DNA of 64,000 nucleotides from positions 408-64,407 of the forward strand of contig JBGSWC010000324.1 in the NCBI GenBank assembly GCA_041752635.1, read 5' to 3'. Below the pieces are notes generated by a model that was given only the letters and a program-made list of their open reading frames with translations, was not told the origin of the DNA and did no database searches. This stretch comes from Pirellulales bacterium. GTDB lineage: Bacteria; Planctomycetota; Planctomycetia; Pirellulales; Lacipirellulaceae. Position numbers and translations under genes: made by a program. Shown one piece after another: positions 50,001 through 58,604 of this stretch; within the stretch, counting starts at the first letter, position 1, and each line of letters opens with the position of its first letter.

Positions 50001-51257
50001 CTACGCAGCTTGAGGTGGAACGACTCTCCTCTTTCCTTCAGCCAACTCGACCAGATGACCAGCGAAGCGTTCGTAGATCGGTCCGCAGCGAAATTCACGC
50101 TGCCATAATTCGAACCCGCGTTGTTGCATCGACTTCAGGCTGTCGGGCGATTCGATCAGGCGGACGATTTGTCGCGCGAGGTCGTCGGGTTGTTCGGCTG
50201 CGTAAGTCAGTCCGCACTGGTGTGTGGCCAACAGCGAAGCCAATTCACCCGATAGGCTCGATACATTAGCCAGTCGCCACGCCATGTATTCAAAAGGCTT
50301 GTTCGGCAGACTCTGTGGCGCGCGAGCCGTATACGAACACAGACCAATGGAGGCCAAATCCATTAGCGCTGACAGGTCGTGTTTGCCAAGCCATCCGGTA
50401 AAGATCACGTTGGCGAGTCCGGCCGCTTGGCGGCGCAGGGCAGGCATCTTGCTACCGTCACCACACAGCACAAATTGGGCGTCGCTGCGATGCCGCAAGT
50501 TGCGTGCGGCTTCGATGACGGTCGCCACATCATAGGTTTTCTCGAATAGTCCTGCGAACAGACAGATCAATCGGTCGGGATCAATACCCATCGCGACCGC
50601 TCGATCGCGGGTATCACTTGCTAAAGTGACGGGGGGCTCAAAACCGATCGGAAAGGCTCTGTCGGCCGCGTGGGCCGATCGCGATGACCGGTCAAGCGCC
50701 CATTGCAAGTAAGTTTGTGAAACGCCCGACAGTGCATCGGCACGCCGACAAATATCACGGCATTGGCGGTAAAGGGGCTCAAGCAACCGGCGCGCCACAG
50801 GCGTCGCCCAAGTCGGTGCCGCGTTCAAGTAGACATCGGGCCACAAATCGCGGACGTCAATGACCACCGGCACGCCGATTCGCTCGCCATAATCGATCGC
50901 CGCTTGCGCCCAATCGAGCGATGGGATGGCCGCCACAATCAAGTCGGGTCGCTCGACGGTCGGTGCAAGTTTTCGAAACCGACAGGCCAGTTCGCGATAG
51001 GCGCGGATTCGAGCAAGGCTAATGTTGCGTTGGTAGCCGCGGGTGTGGACGAGCCGCACCTGATAGCCTGGCTCGACATCGACGAGTGTGTCGCGGTTGG
51101 CACGCTGTGTTTTTGTCGTGTGCCTGAGCGTGGGTGCCCACCGACAGACGGCGTGACCACGTTTCGCCAGCGCGGAGGCAAGATAGCTATATCGATAGCG
51201 GCGCCCCCCCTCGTCGAAGGGCAAATCTTCGCCGATATGTAGCAGCCAAAAATTCAT
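50001..51257 (-). CDS. glycosyltransferase family 4 (GT-B, WbuB-like)
   Basis: MNFWLLHIGEDLP..RYRYSYLASALAKRGHAV start, typical of WbuB-type GT4. C-terminal NKPFEYMA motif. Confidence 0.8.
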   Translation of the reverse strand: MNFWLLHIGEDLPFDEGGRRYRYSYLASALAKRGHAVCRWAPTLRHTTKTQRANRDTLVDVEPGYQVRLVHTRGYQRNISLARIRAYRELACRFRKLAPTVERPDLIVAAIPSLDWAQAAIDYGERIGVPVVIDVRDLWPDVYLNAAPTWATPVARRLLEPLYRQCRDICRRADALSGVSQTYLQWALDRSSRSAHAADRAFPIGFEPPVTLASDTRDRAVAMGIDPDRLICLFAGLFEKTYDVATVIEAARNLRHRSDAQFVLCGDGSKMPALRRQAAGLANVIFTGWLGKHDLSALMDLASIGLCSYTARAPQSLPNKPFEYMAWRLANVSSLSGELASLLATHQCGLTYAAEQPDDLARQIVRLIESPDSLKSMQQRGFELWQREFRCGPIYERFAGHLVELAEGKRRVVPPQAA

Positions 51258-51293
51258 GTTCCGTTGAATCGCAAGGAAGTTGAGGGGAGTCTG

Positions 51294-52523
51294 CTAACTG
51301 GCCGACAAGGGGAGGCTCGTACTTCTTGACAGTTGCGAGCGTCTCTGAGGTGCAACTGACACTGCACTAACGGCTGACTGCATCGCCGGTGCTGCGGTAA
51401 GAGTTAGCAAGATAAAAACGCCACGACTATCGTAAATGTCTCCGCTCGTCTGAGCGGCCGTAAACAACAACACCCAGCCGGCCAGCGACTCACGCGGCAC
51501 ACCGCGCCAGGTGTGTCGCAATTGCGCGAGCCAAGTGAAAATTGCTAACAAGAATAATCCAATCGCTATCCCGCCCCCTTCGGCAGCCATCTCGAGCACA
51601 AAGTTGTGTGGATAAGTCCAACTCGAAGCACGATAGCTGTTGAGCCCGGCTCCCCACACGGGATGCTGTTTTGTCATTGCAATGGCATCGGTCCACAGGC
51701 TATCGCGTTCCGAAAGGTGGCGGTTTTCGAGCGTAGTTTCGATAATACGACTTTCGAACACTGCGTAGGCTTTATGCCCGGCGGATGTCATCATGAGCGT
51801 CGCGGTCCCCACGACCACCAACGATCCAATCAGCACGACTTTGCGAGGCAGCCCCATGTTCGCGAATGCGAGATAGGTGATGCCTGCCATTGCTGACGAC
51901 AGCAGCCCACCACGCGAACCACACATCAGGATCAACAGCACCGCCAGCAAGCAAGTGGCCACCGCGGTCGGTTTAAGCAGGTCGAGCCGCGGATAGCGCG
52001 ATGTGAGGTAGACGGCGCCGATTGCCATGAGCCCCATGTTGCGACCGAAGGTGTTCGGACCGCCGCCAGGAGTAAAGACTCTACCCGCGGTACTGAACCA
52101 CAGCGCGGCGAGGCCCATTGCGAGTCCCAACGCAAACAAGCCCAGCCAGAAGCCGTCGGCAACGGCGACTACGCCCGTGATTTGTTTGGTGATGCTCAGC
52201 GCGACAACCATAGCAAGCAGCAGCGCCACTTCGTAGGCTTTGGTTGCTGCCAATTCCGGATCAATTGCCCAGGCCGATGACACGAGCATGTACGACAAAA
52301 GCGCAACCACGAAAAATTCGACGAGCGTGATTCGCATTGCAAAGCGACGATGGTGATAGCCAGCGAAGATCGCCACCCCGCTCGCCAACAGAATGGGCAC
52401 CAACACCCAAACGCGCGGCTGTGCCCAATAGGGAACCACGTCGAGTTCACCGTCGAGTCGCATCAGGTTCCACCTTCCAACAAGGAAGAAGAACGAGGCG
52501 AGTAGACCAATGAGCCATCCCAT
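51294..52523 (-). CDS. O-antigen ligase/Wzy_C-domain polymerase-like membrane protein
   Basis: About 10 TM segments. CGSRGGLLS ... HPVWGAGLNSY..YPHNFVLEMAAEGG periplasmic-loop signature. Confidence 0.75.
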   Translation of the reverse strand: MGWLIGLLASFFFLVGRWNLMRLDGELDVVPYWAQPRVWVLVPILLASGVAIFAGYHHRRFAMRITLVEFFVVALLSYMLVSSAWAIDPELAATKAYEVALLLAMVVALSITKQITGVVAVADGFWLGLFALGLAMGLAALWFSTAGRVFTPGGGPNTFGRNMGLMAIGAVYLTSRYPRLDLLKPTAVATCLLAVLLILMCGSRGGLLSSAMAGITYLAFANMGLPRKVVLIGSLVVVGTATLMMTSAGHKAYAVFESRIIETTLENRHLSERDSLWTDAIAMTKQHPVWGAGLNSYRASSWTYPHNFVLEMAAEGGGIAIGLFLLAIFTWLAQLRHTWRGVPRESLAGWVLLFTAAQTSGDIYDSRGVFILLTLTAAPAMQSAVSAVSVAPQRRSQLSRSTSLPLSAS

Positions 52524-52622
52524 CAAATCGCACCGGCACTAGTTGGTTGGTTTTCGGATTTGTCTTTGTATTTGCTGAGGAAACCTAGTGAAATCGCCGC
52601 TGCGTGGCAATGTCGAGTCGTC

Positions 52623-53969
52623 TCAAGCCGCTGGCGACAGCTTCTGCGAAGAATCGATGATTAGCTCAACCGGCCGTCTTGGTACGACTTTCCAAGATAG
52701 GTAGATGGCGAATGAATATCCGATGACGCCGCCACAACACATGGTCGCGATGGTCGGCACCACGGAGAGCCCCGCCAGATAGCCTACTAGAAAGCCAACC
52801 ACCAGCGAGATCACACAGAAGGCCTCGCGAACTAGCCGAGTTGACTGTGTTCCGGTGACAACAAAAATTGATGTCACGATAAATGCCAGCACGTATGCCG
52901 CACAAACAGGCGCAAGTAGCGCGGTGACGACGCCGATCGAGTCCCATTCGGGGCCAAAGATCATTTGCAACCACGGGGCACACGCGATCGACACGATTGT
53001 GAACGGCACGACAAAGAGCGCCGACTTGGCGAGCATTTGCGATAGCAACGCGCGTAATTTGTCTCGATCGGTAGCGATACGCGCCGCTTCGGAAAAGAAC
53101 ACTTGGCTGAACGCACTGCTCACAAAAGTCAGCGGCGTAGCCAGCAGTCGCTGCGCCAGTGCGTAGACCCCGGCGGCGGCTTCGCCAAAACCGAGATAGA
53201 TCAATAGCACCGGCCCTTGAATCGCCAACTGCGAGAGCAACTGCGCCGCAAGATCATAGCGTGGGAGTGAACCGAACCTCGCTAGCTGGCGGCGAAGCGT
53301 TGCGAGCGTTTCGAAACGCAACGTCGGCCAACTCGAGCGCAGAAGGCAGGCACCCGTTGCGACGGCGAGAAACTGGCCAGCGATTTGACCACAGGCAAGC
53401 ATTGTGGGCGATGCTGGAATAAAAAAGGGCATCAGCAATTGAATGACCAGACACCCGGTCACGCTGGTGACGCGCATCGCCGACAATACCACATAGGCCT
53501 GTTGCCGAATGACCCACATTCCAACCACTTGATAGCAAGCATAACTCGCGATCGCGGGTGGTAAACAGATAGCGAGCCCCCAAGCCCATGAAACTTCGAG
53601 CTTATTGGTAATCGCAAAGCCGACTACCGCTACGGCAACCGAAGTCACGATCGACGAGCCGATCGCCAGCAAAGCGAGATTGCCGGCCACGCGACGAGTC
53701 TTTGCTATGGGTATCGCTTGCTCAATCCGAAACGTGCAGACGCTGCCCAGGCAGGTGAGCGCCGTGATGAACAGAGCATAGATGCCGAATGCCGATGCGC
53801 CATAGATGCCGGCCAACAGCGGAGTAGCAGCGAGTCCCAATACACCGGCTACGATCTGGCCCAACGCGACAACACTCAACTTGCTGGTTAGGCGCGGGCC
53901 GCCATTCTTGCCTGCGCGTCGCTGCAATTGTGCGCGAAAACCGCCGAGAAATTGCCGAAAAGCAAACAA
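52623..53969 (-). CDS. polysaccharide flippase (Wzx / MOP superfamily)
   Basis: 448 aa, about 12 TM segments, N-terminus typical of Wzx-type proteins. TTG start abutting the stop of the upstream gene; the start is uncertain. Confidence 0.75.
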   Translation of the reverse strand: MFAFRQFLGGFRAQLQRRAGKNGGPRLTSKLSVVALGQIVAGVLGLAATPLLAGIYGASAFGIYALFITALTCLGSVCTFRIEQAIPIAKTRRVAGNLALLAIGSSIVTSVAVAVVGFAITNKLEVSWAWGLAICLPPAIASYACYQVVGMWVIRQQAYVVLSAMRVTSVTGCLVIQLLMPFFIPASPTMLACGQIAGQFLAVATGACLLRSSWPTLRFETLATLRRQLARFGSLPRYDLAAQLLSQLAIQGPVLLIYLGFGEAAAGVYALAQRLLATPLTFVSSAFSQVFFSEAARIATDRDKLRALLSQMLAKSALFVVPFTIVSIACAPWLQMIFGPEWDSIGVVTALLAPVCAAYVLAFIVTSIFVVTGTQSTRLVREAFCVISLVVGFLVGYLAGLSVVPTIATMCCGGVIGYSFAIYLSWKVVPRRPVELIIDSSQKLSPAA

Positions 53970-54929
53970 CTAAGCCGCCCGATATTGCTGTTGAGCTCTC
54001 GGTCGTGCAGCAATCCACGCACTTGTCGCCGCCAGAGAAGGGACACTCTTGTTTGCAAAGTCGGTATGGATAGCAAGCTTGGCGCTTGTAATTGCGGCAG
54101 CCACTGCCTCGTCGACAACTGGCGCAGAAATTACGATTTCGAAGTTTGAGTTGCGAAACGCAGCTTCGTAATCGTCATGTCGCAGGCGGTTCATGTACAT
54201 AAATCGGTTGCCGGCAAGCCGTTGCCACTGATGCTCCGAAAACTGAAGGAAATTACCTTGAGTGATGGTCGTGTCGCTATGAGCAAAGTGATCGCTGTAG
54301 TCGATCATGTGAACGCTCAACCCGCTCGGTTTAAGAATCCGCCGGCCCTCGGCGAGTATGTTTTGCAGTACAGTTAACGGAATATGCTCGAATACAGTAA
54401 ACGAAGTTTGATAGTCGACACTCCGGTTTGGCAAGTCTGTGTCGGATGCATCGGCTGGTGCGTGATATTCAATATTCGTTAGCTCGAACAACCTTGCCAG
54501 CGAGAATCGCGAGGGTCGCAGCAAGGCGAGCAGATCGCAGAGCCGATCCGAAACTAAGAGTGAGCCGAATTGGTGTGAGATTTTCGCCTGATTGATCGCC
54601 ATGTACTGAAGTGATTCGAGGACTAATTCTTCGCGAAGATATTTGTTGAGATCGACCGTGATTACCTTGTCGGCCCCCATGAGCCAATAGGCGATCGGCG
54701 CGTTGAGCATCCAGCCGGTACCAATTTCGAAAAATGTTTTTCCGCGTGGGTCTTCGCCAAGTCGCACAAGATGTTGCCAAGTTTCGATACCTGCCGCGAG
54801 TCGCTTTGTCGGGTCAACGCGCCGGAGCCCACCCGCCAAACGTTGTACTCCGTAGTACAAGCGATTCGATAGGTCACGGGGTAGCTTTGCTATAGCCCGC
54901 TGTATTTGCGCTTTGTGTTTCCAATGCAT
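53970..54929 (-). CDS. class I SAM-dependent methyltransferase
   Basis: Motif I FFEIGTGW, VITVDLN, FTVFEHIP and LKPSGL. ATG 54929; the ORF opens at TTG 55010. Confidence 0.75.
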   Translation of the reverse strand: MHWKHKAQIQRAIAKLPRDLSNRLYYGVQRLAGGLRRVDPTKRLAAGIETWQHLVRLGEDPRGKTFFEIGTGWMLNAPIAYWLMGADKVITVDLNKYLREELVLESLQYMAINQAKISHQFGSLLVSDRLCDLLALLRPSRFSLARLFELTNIEYHAPADASDTDLPNRSVDYQTSFTVFEHIPLTVLQNILAEGRRILKPSGLSVHMIDYSDHFAHSDTTITQGNFLQFSEHQWQRLAGNRFMYMNRLRHDDYEAAFRNSNFEIVISAPVVDEAVAAAITSAKLAIHTDFANKSVPSLAATSAWIAARPRAQQQYRAA

Positions 54930-55142
54930 GGCGTAGGTTCTTGATCGTCGTGAACATCTGCGAAGTCTGTGCACGCTGATATCAAGCAGGGAGTCGAATG
55001 TCGAGAGCAACTCAAAATTACGAGCGCAATTCTACTGCTAGCAGCGATTCGCCTTGCCGGGCATCCGCTATCCCGCTACTAAACCCTCTCGCGGAAGACG
55101 TGCGTCGCCGCATTGGCTGGAGAATTGGCTGCGAGTTGTTGT

Positions 55143-56270
55143 ATGGACACATCACCAACGCTTTTTCGCGATCTGACGTGTGGCTGGCTTTGGCTGGTCG
55201 GCTTGGTGATGTTGACCGTTGCGCTCACCGGTTGCCAAACGGGTCATTTTCGTGCGGCAAACCTCCCTCCCCATTGGCAAGCGCCGCCACCGCGTCCGAC
55301 GGCCGGAATGGCCCTCGCGCGGCTTTCGGCTTCGAACTTGGGCAACTCGAATCTGCAAACGGGCGACCTGCTCGATGTCACGATGCTCAGTGGCTTGGCC
55401 GACGAGAATCCGGTGCCTCACACCGTTCGGATCGACGAACGAGGCGTGGCCAACGTCCCTTTAGTTGGCGAAGTCGCGCTGGCCGGTGTCGACGAACAAC
55501 AAGCGGCCCAGCGAATTGTGGGCGCGGCCATCGAACGTCAAATCTTTCGACGTCCGCAAGTCACAGTACAGATTGCCGAACGAGCAGTTAACCAGGTCAC
55601 AGTGCTCGGTGCAGTAACTAATCCCGGAACACATCCGCTACCACGCGGTGCGAGCAACGTTGTCGCTGCGTTGGCTGCTGCTGGTGGATTGACCGAAGAA
55701 GCCGGCACCGAAATTGAAGTCATGCGTCGCCAAGCGAGTTTGGTGGCGAGCGACTCAACCTCCACACGCGAGGGAATTCAGCTCGCTAGTTTCTCGCCAC
55801 CACGACTCGGCCAGCAACAACTTGAAAATGGCCAGACAGAAATCATCGATCTCGCCTCTGGTCCCGATCAAACGCAAATCGAGTATGGTCTGAGCGATCA
55901 AGATGTGGTGATGGTTCGTCCCGCTCGAAAGCAGGTGATTCATGTGCTCGGACTGGTGCGCAAACCGAGCCAATTTGACCTGCCCGCCGACCAAGAGTTT
56001 CACGTGCTCGACGCACTGGCACAGGCTGGCGGCAAGAGCAGTCCCGTCGCCGACAAGGTTTATGTCATTCGCCGAAAAGAGGGCGAACCCGAACCCGCGG
56101 TGATCGAAATCAGCATCAACCGCGCTAAGATCAATGGTGCCGAGAACTTAAGACTCGCGGCCGGCGACGTGGTGAGCGTCGAAGCGACTGCGCTTACGAC
56201 CGTCGTCGATACGATGAGCAATGTGTTCCGTATCACGGCCGGAGTCGGCGGCAACCTGTTTGCTTTCTAG
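55143..56270 (+). CDS. polysaccharide export outer-membrane lipoprotein (Wza-like: Poly_export plus SLBB domains)
   Basis: Lipobox VALTGC. DERGVANVPLVGEVALAGVDEQQAAQRI, and a repeated SLBB-like QVTVLGAV / VIHVLGLV. ATG 55143. Confidence 0.85.
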   Translation: MDTSPTLFRDLTCGWLWLVGLVMLTVALTGCQTGHFRAANLPPHWQAPPPRPTAGMALARLSASNLGNSNLQTGDLLDVTMLSGLADENPVPHTVRIDERGVANVPLVGEVALAGVDEQQAAQRIVGAAIERQIFRRPQVTVQIAERAVNQVTVLGAVTNPGTHPLPRGASNVVAALAAAGGLTEEAGTEIEVMRRQASLVASDSTSTREGIQLASFSPPRLGQQQLENGQTEIIDLASGPDQTQIEYGLSDQDVVMVRPARKQVIHVLGLVRKPSQFDLPADQEFHVLDALAQAGGKSSPVADKVYVIRRKEGEPEPAVIEISINRAKINGAENLRLAAGDVVSVEATALTTVVDTMSNVFRITAGVGGNLFAF

Positions 56271-56315
56271 CACCCCACTTTAAACACGTTCACGATTTCC
56301 CGCCTTCGCCCTGCC

Positions 56316-58559
56316 ATGAACGAATCGCCGAGTTCGCCAACCTCGTCTGGCGATTTGACTGCTGCCGAGATGGTCCACACGCTTGCGCGACTCGGGCGGT
56401 GCATTTGGTATCGACGGACCATCGTAGCCGCGACGATCATCGCGTCGTTGCTGCTGGGAACAGCCCATTATTTGACCGCGCCGCGCATTTATCAGTCGAC
56501 CGCCAAGCTTTACATCGTTGAACGTCACGCCGACAAGGTGACAACGATGGGGGAGCAAATGGTCGGCGAAAATCTGATGACGACACAACGCGAGTTGGTG
56601 ACGAGCCCCGTCGTCGTGCAAGCCGCGATTGAACAACTCGCGCCGCAGTATCGCATCGACTTCGAGAATTTGCCGCCATCGCGATGGATCGATTGTGTGC
56701 GAGAGAGTCTCACGGCCAACGACGTTCGCCACACGAACATGATTGAGTTGAGCTTTCGCTCGCGAAACTCCGAAGCGGCTGCCGCGGTCGTCAGTGCCGT
56801 TTTGCAGTCGTACCTCAATTTCATGGAAACCAACCACCGCGGCACTGCCAGCGAAAACGTCGCTGCGTTGACGACCCAACTCATTCAGTGGCAACAAGCA
56901 CTCAAGCAAAAGCAAAACGCCCTACAGAGCAAGAGTCAATCGGTTGGAGCGATGACACTGAACAAAGAAGACGGGCTCGTCAACGCAGCCGTGATGAAGG
57001 CGAGCCGGTTGCAGGACAAGCTGCTTGATGTCCAAGATGAGCGACGCGAATTCGACGCATCGCTTGCGGCGCTGCGCCAAGCGCGTCAGCGTGGTGACGA
57101 CTTGAAGCCACACTTGCGCAGTATCGAGAACGTGGTCGGACAACAACTGCTGGTGTCGTCGCTAGGGCTCTCGCCCCAGGACTTAGAGTCGGTTCGGGAA
57201 CAAGAATTCGCAATGCGCACAGCCCAGGAAGAACTAGGCCGAGTGGAACCCTATCTTGGCACCGCCCACCCTCGTGTGGCCGAACTTAAGGCTAAGGTCG
57301 CGGGTCTGCAACAATATCTGGCTAACTATCGTTCGCAAGCGGGGCAACGAATGGCCTCGCTCACAACCGGTGAACTGGGTCCGCTGCTCGAGTCGATTCT
57401 TGTTCAAAACATCAGCCAGATGCAACATCGCGAAGGTCAATTGACGCGTGACTTCAATGCGGCGCAAAACGAAGCTGCCAAACAGAGTGGCGATCTCGTC
57501 GAACTCGAGATGCTCCGGCGCGAAGTCGACCGGCTTGAACAGCGTGTCGACTCGACCGCCGAGAATATTGCGAAATTCGATTTGCATCTTACGCAGGGAC
57601 CGATTCAGGTCACTGTTACCAAAGAACCCTTGCCCGCTCAGCAACCTGTTTCGCCCCGGCTGAAAGTCATTCTTGCGATGTCGCTCGCGGCAGGCATGTT
57701 GCTCGGAGTCGTCTTTGCCTATGTGCAAGATGTGCTTGACGATCGATTTAACTCGATCGACGAGATGGCTGGCCAGCTCAACGTGCCGGTGCTTGCGATC
57801 GTTCGCCAACTCGATCCGCTGCCGGGCGAAGGCATGGCGTCGGTCCATACCTACATGGCTCCGACTTCGGTCGAGACAGAAGCATTCCGAACGCTCCGCA
57901 CTTCACTCAAACTGGGCAGCGAAGTCACCGACCGCATTCTCGTTTCCAGTGCCGAACCGGGGGATGGAAAGACGACTGTTAGCGCCAACTTGGCAGTCGC
58001 CTTCGCGCAGTCGGGCCGCCGGACTTTGGTGCTCGATTGCGATTTGCGTCGTCCCGGCATGACGGCACTGCTCGACCTGAAAGGCAAGCCGGGTGTGTTC
58101 GATGTGTTGTCGTCGACCGACGATATTGCAAAACAAGCGCGTGAACATCTCTTGCACACCGATCAAACGGGACTCGATATCATTCCGGCCGGACTACGGC
58201 GTCCCGACCCGGCCGAGTTGCTGGCGAGCCCGCGATTTATCGAACTACTTGCTTGGGCCGATGCCCACTACGACCAGGTTCTGGTCGACTGCCCACCAGT
58301 GTTGGCGGTAAGCGACGCTCAAATTGTCGGCCGACTGGTCGATGGTGCTGTGCTCGTGGTACGCCCCGAGAAGAACCACCGCCGATTGGTCGTCCGCGCG
58401 TGCGAGCAGTTCCGTACGACCGGCATCACCGTTCTTGGTGTCGTCGCCAATGGCATCAGCGAAACGGGCGGCAGCGGATATGGATATGGGTATGGCTACC
58501 AATACGGCTATGGTCACGACGAGGCCGATGTGTCGGTTGAACTGCCGAAAGCAGCCTAG
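56316..58559 (+). CDS. polysaccharide co-polymerase / BY-kinase (Wzc-like)
   Basis: Wzz-type N-terminal TM, a long coiled periplasmic domain and a second TM. Walker A SAEPGDGKTTVS, DCDLRRP, and a C-terminal tyrosine cluster GYGYGYGYQYGYG. Confidence 0.9.
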   Translation: MNESPSSPTSSGDLTAAEMVHTLARLGRCIWYRRTIVAATIIASLLLGTAHYLTAPRIYQSTAKLYIVERHADKVTTMGEQMVGENLMTTQRELVTSPVVVQAAIEQLAPQYRIDFENLPPSRWIDCVRESLTANDVRHTNMIELSFRSRNSEAAAAVVSAVLQSYLNFMETNHRGTASENVAALTTQLIQWQQALKQKQNALQSKSQSVGAMTLNKEDGLVNAAVMKASRLQDKLLDVQDERREFDASLAALRQARQRGDDLKPHLRSIENVVGQQLLVSSLGLSPQDLESVREQEFAMRTAQEELGRVEPYLGTAHPRVAELKAKVAGLQQYLANYRSQAGQRMASLTTGELGPLLESILVQNISQMQHREGQLTRDFNAAQNEAAKQSGDLVELEMLRREVDRLEQRVDSTAENIAKFDLHLTQGPIQVTVTKEPLPAQQPVSPRLKVILAMSLAAGMLLGVVFAYVQDVLDDRFNSIDEMAGQLNVPVLAIVRQLDPLPGEGMASVHTYMAPTSVETEAFRTLRTSLKLGSEVTDRILVSSAEPGDGKTTVSANLAVAFAQSGRRTLVLDCDLRRPGMTALLDLKGKPGVFDVLSSTDDIAKQAREHLLHTDQTGLDIIPAGLRRPDPAELLASPRFIELLAWADAHYDQVLVDCPPVLAVSDAQIVGRLVDGAVLVVRPEKNHRRLVVRACEQFRTTGITVLGVVANGISETGGSGYGYGYGYQYGYGHDEADVSVELPKAA

Positions 58560-58604
58560 CCACGATCAATCTAAGTGATTTAATTTTCTGCGCGATAAAA
58601 ACCA

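Noticed and set aside
56280-57848. 211-aa and 204-aa minus-strand ORFs inside the Wzc-like gene
   Set aside because: They are antisense shadows. The plus-strand frame carries the Walker A motif and the Tyr cluster.
58476-58513. GGATAT/GGCTAT microsatellite-like DNA
   Set aside because: It is explained by the C-terminal tyrosine cluster (GYGYGYGYQYGYG) of the BY-kinase and is not an independent repeat element.
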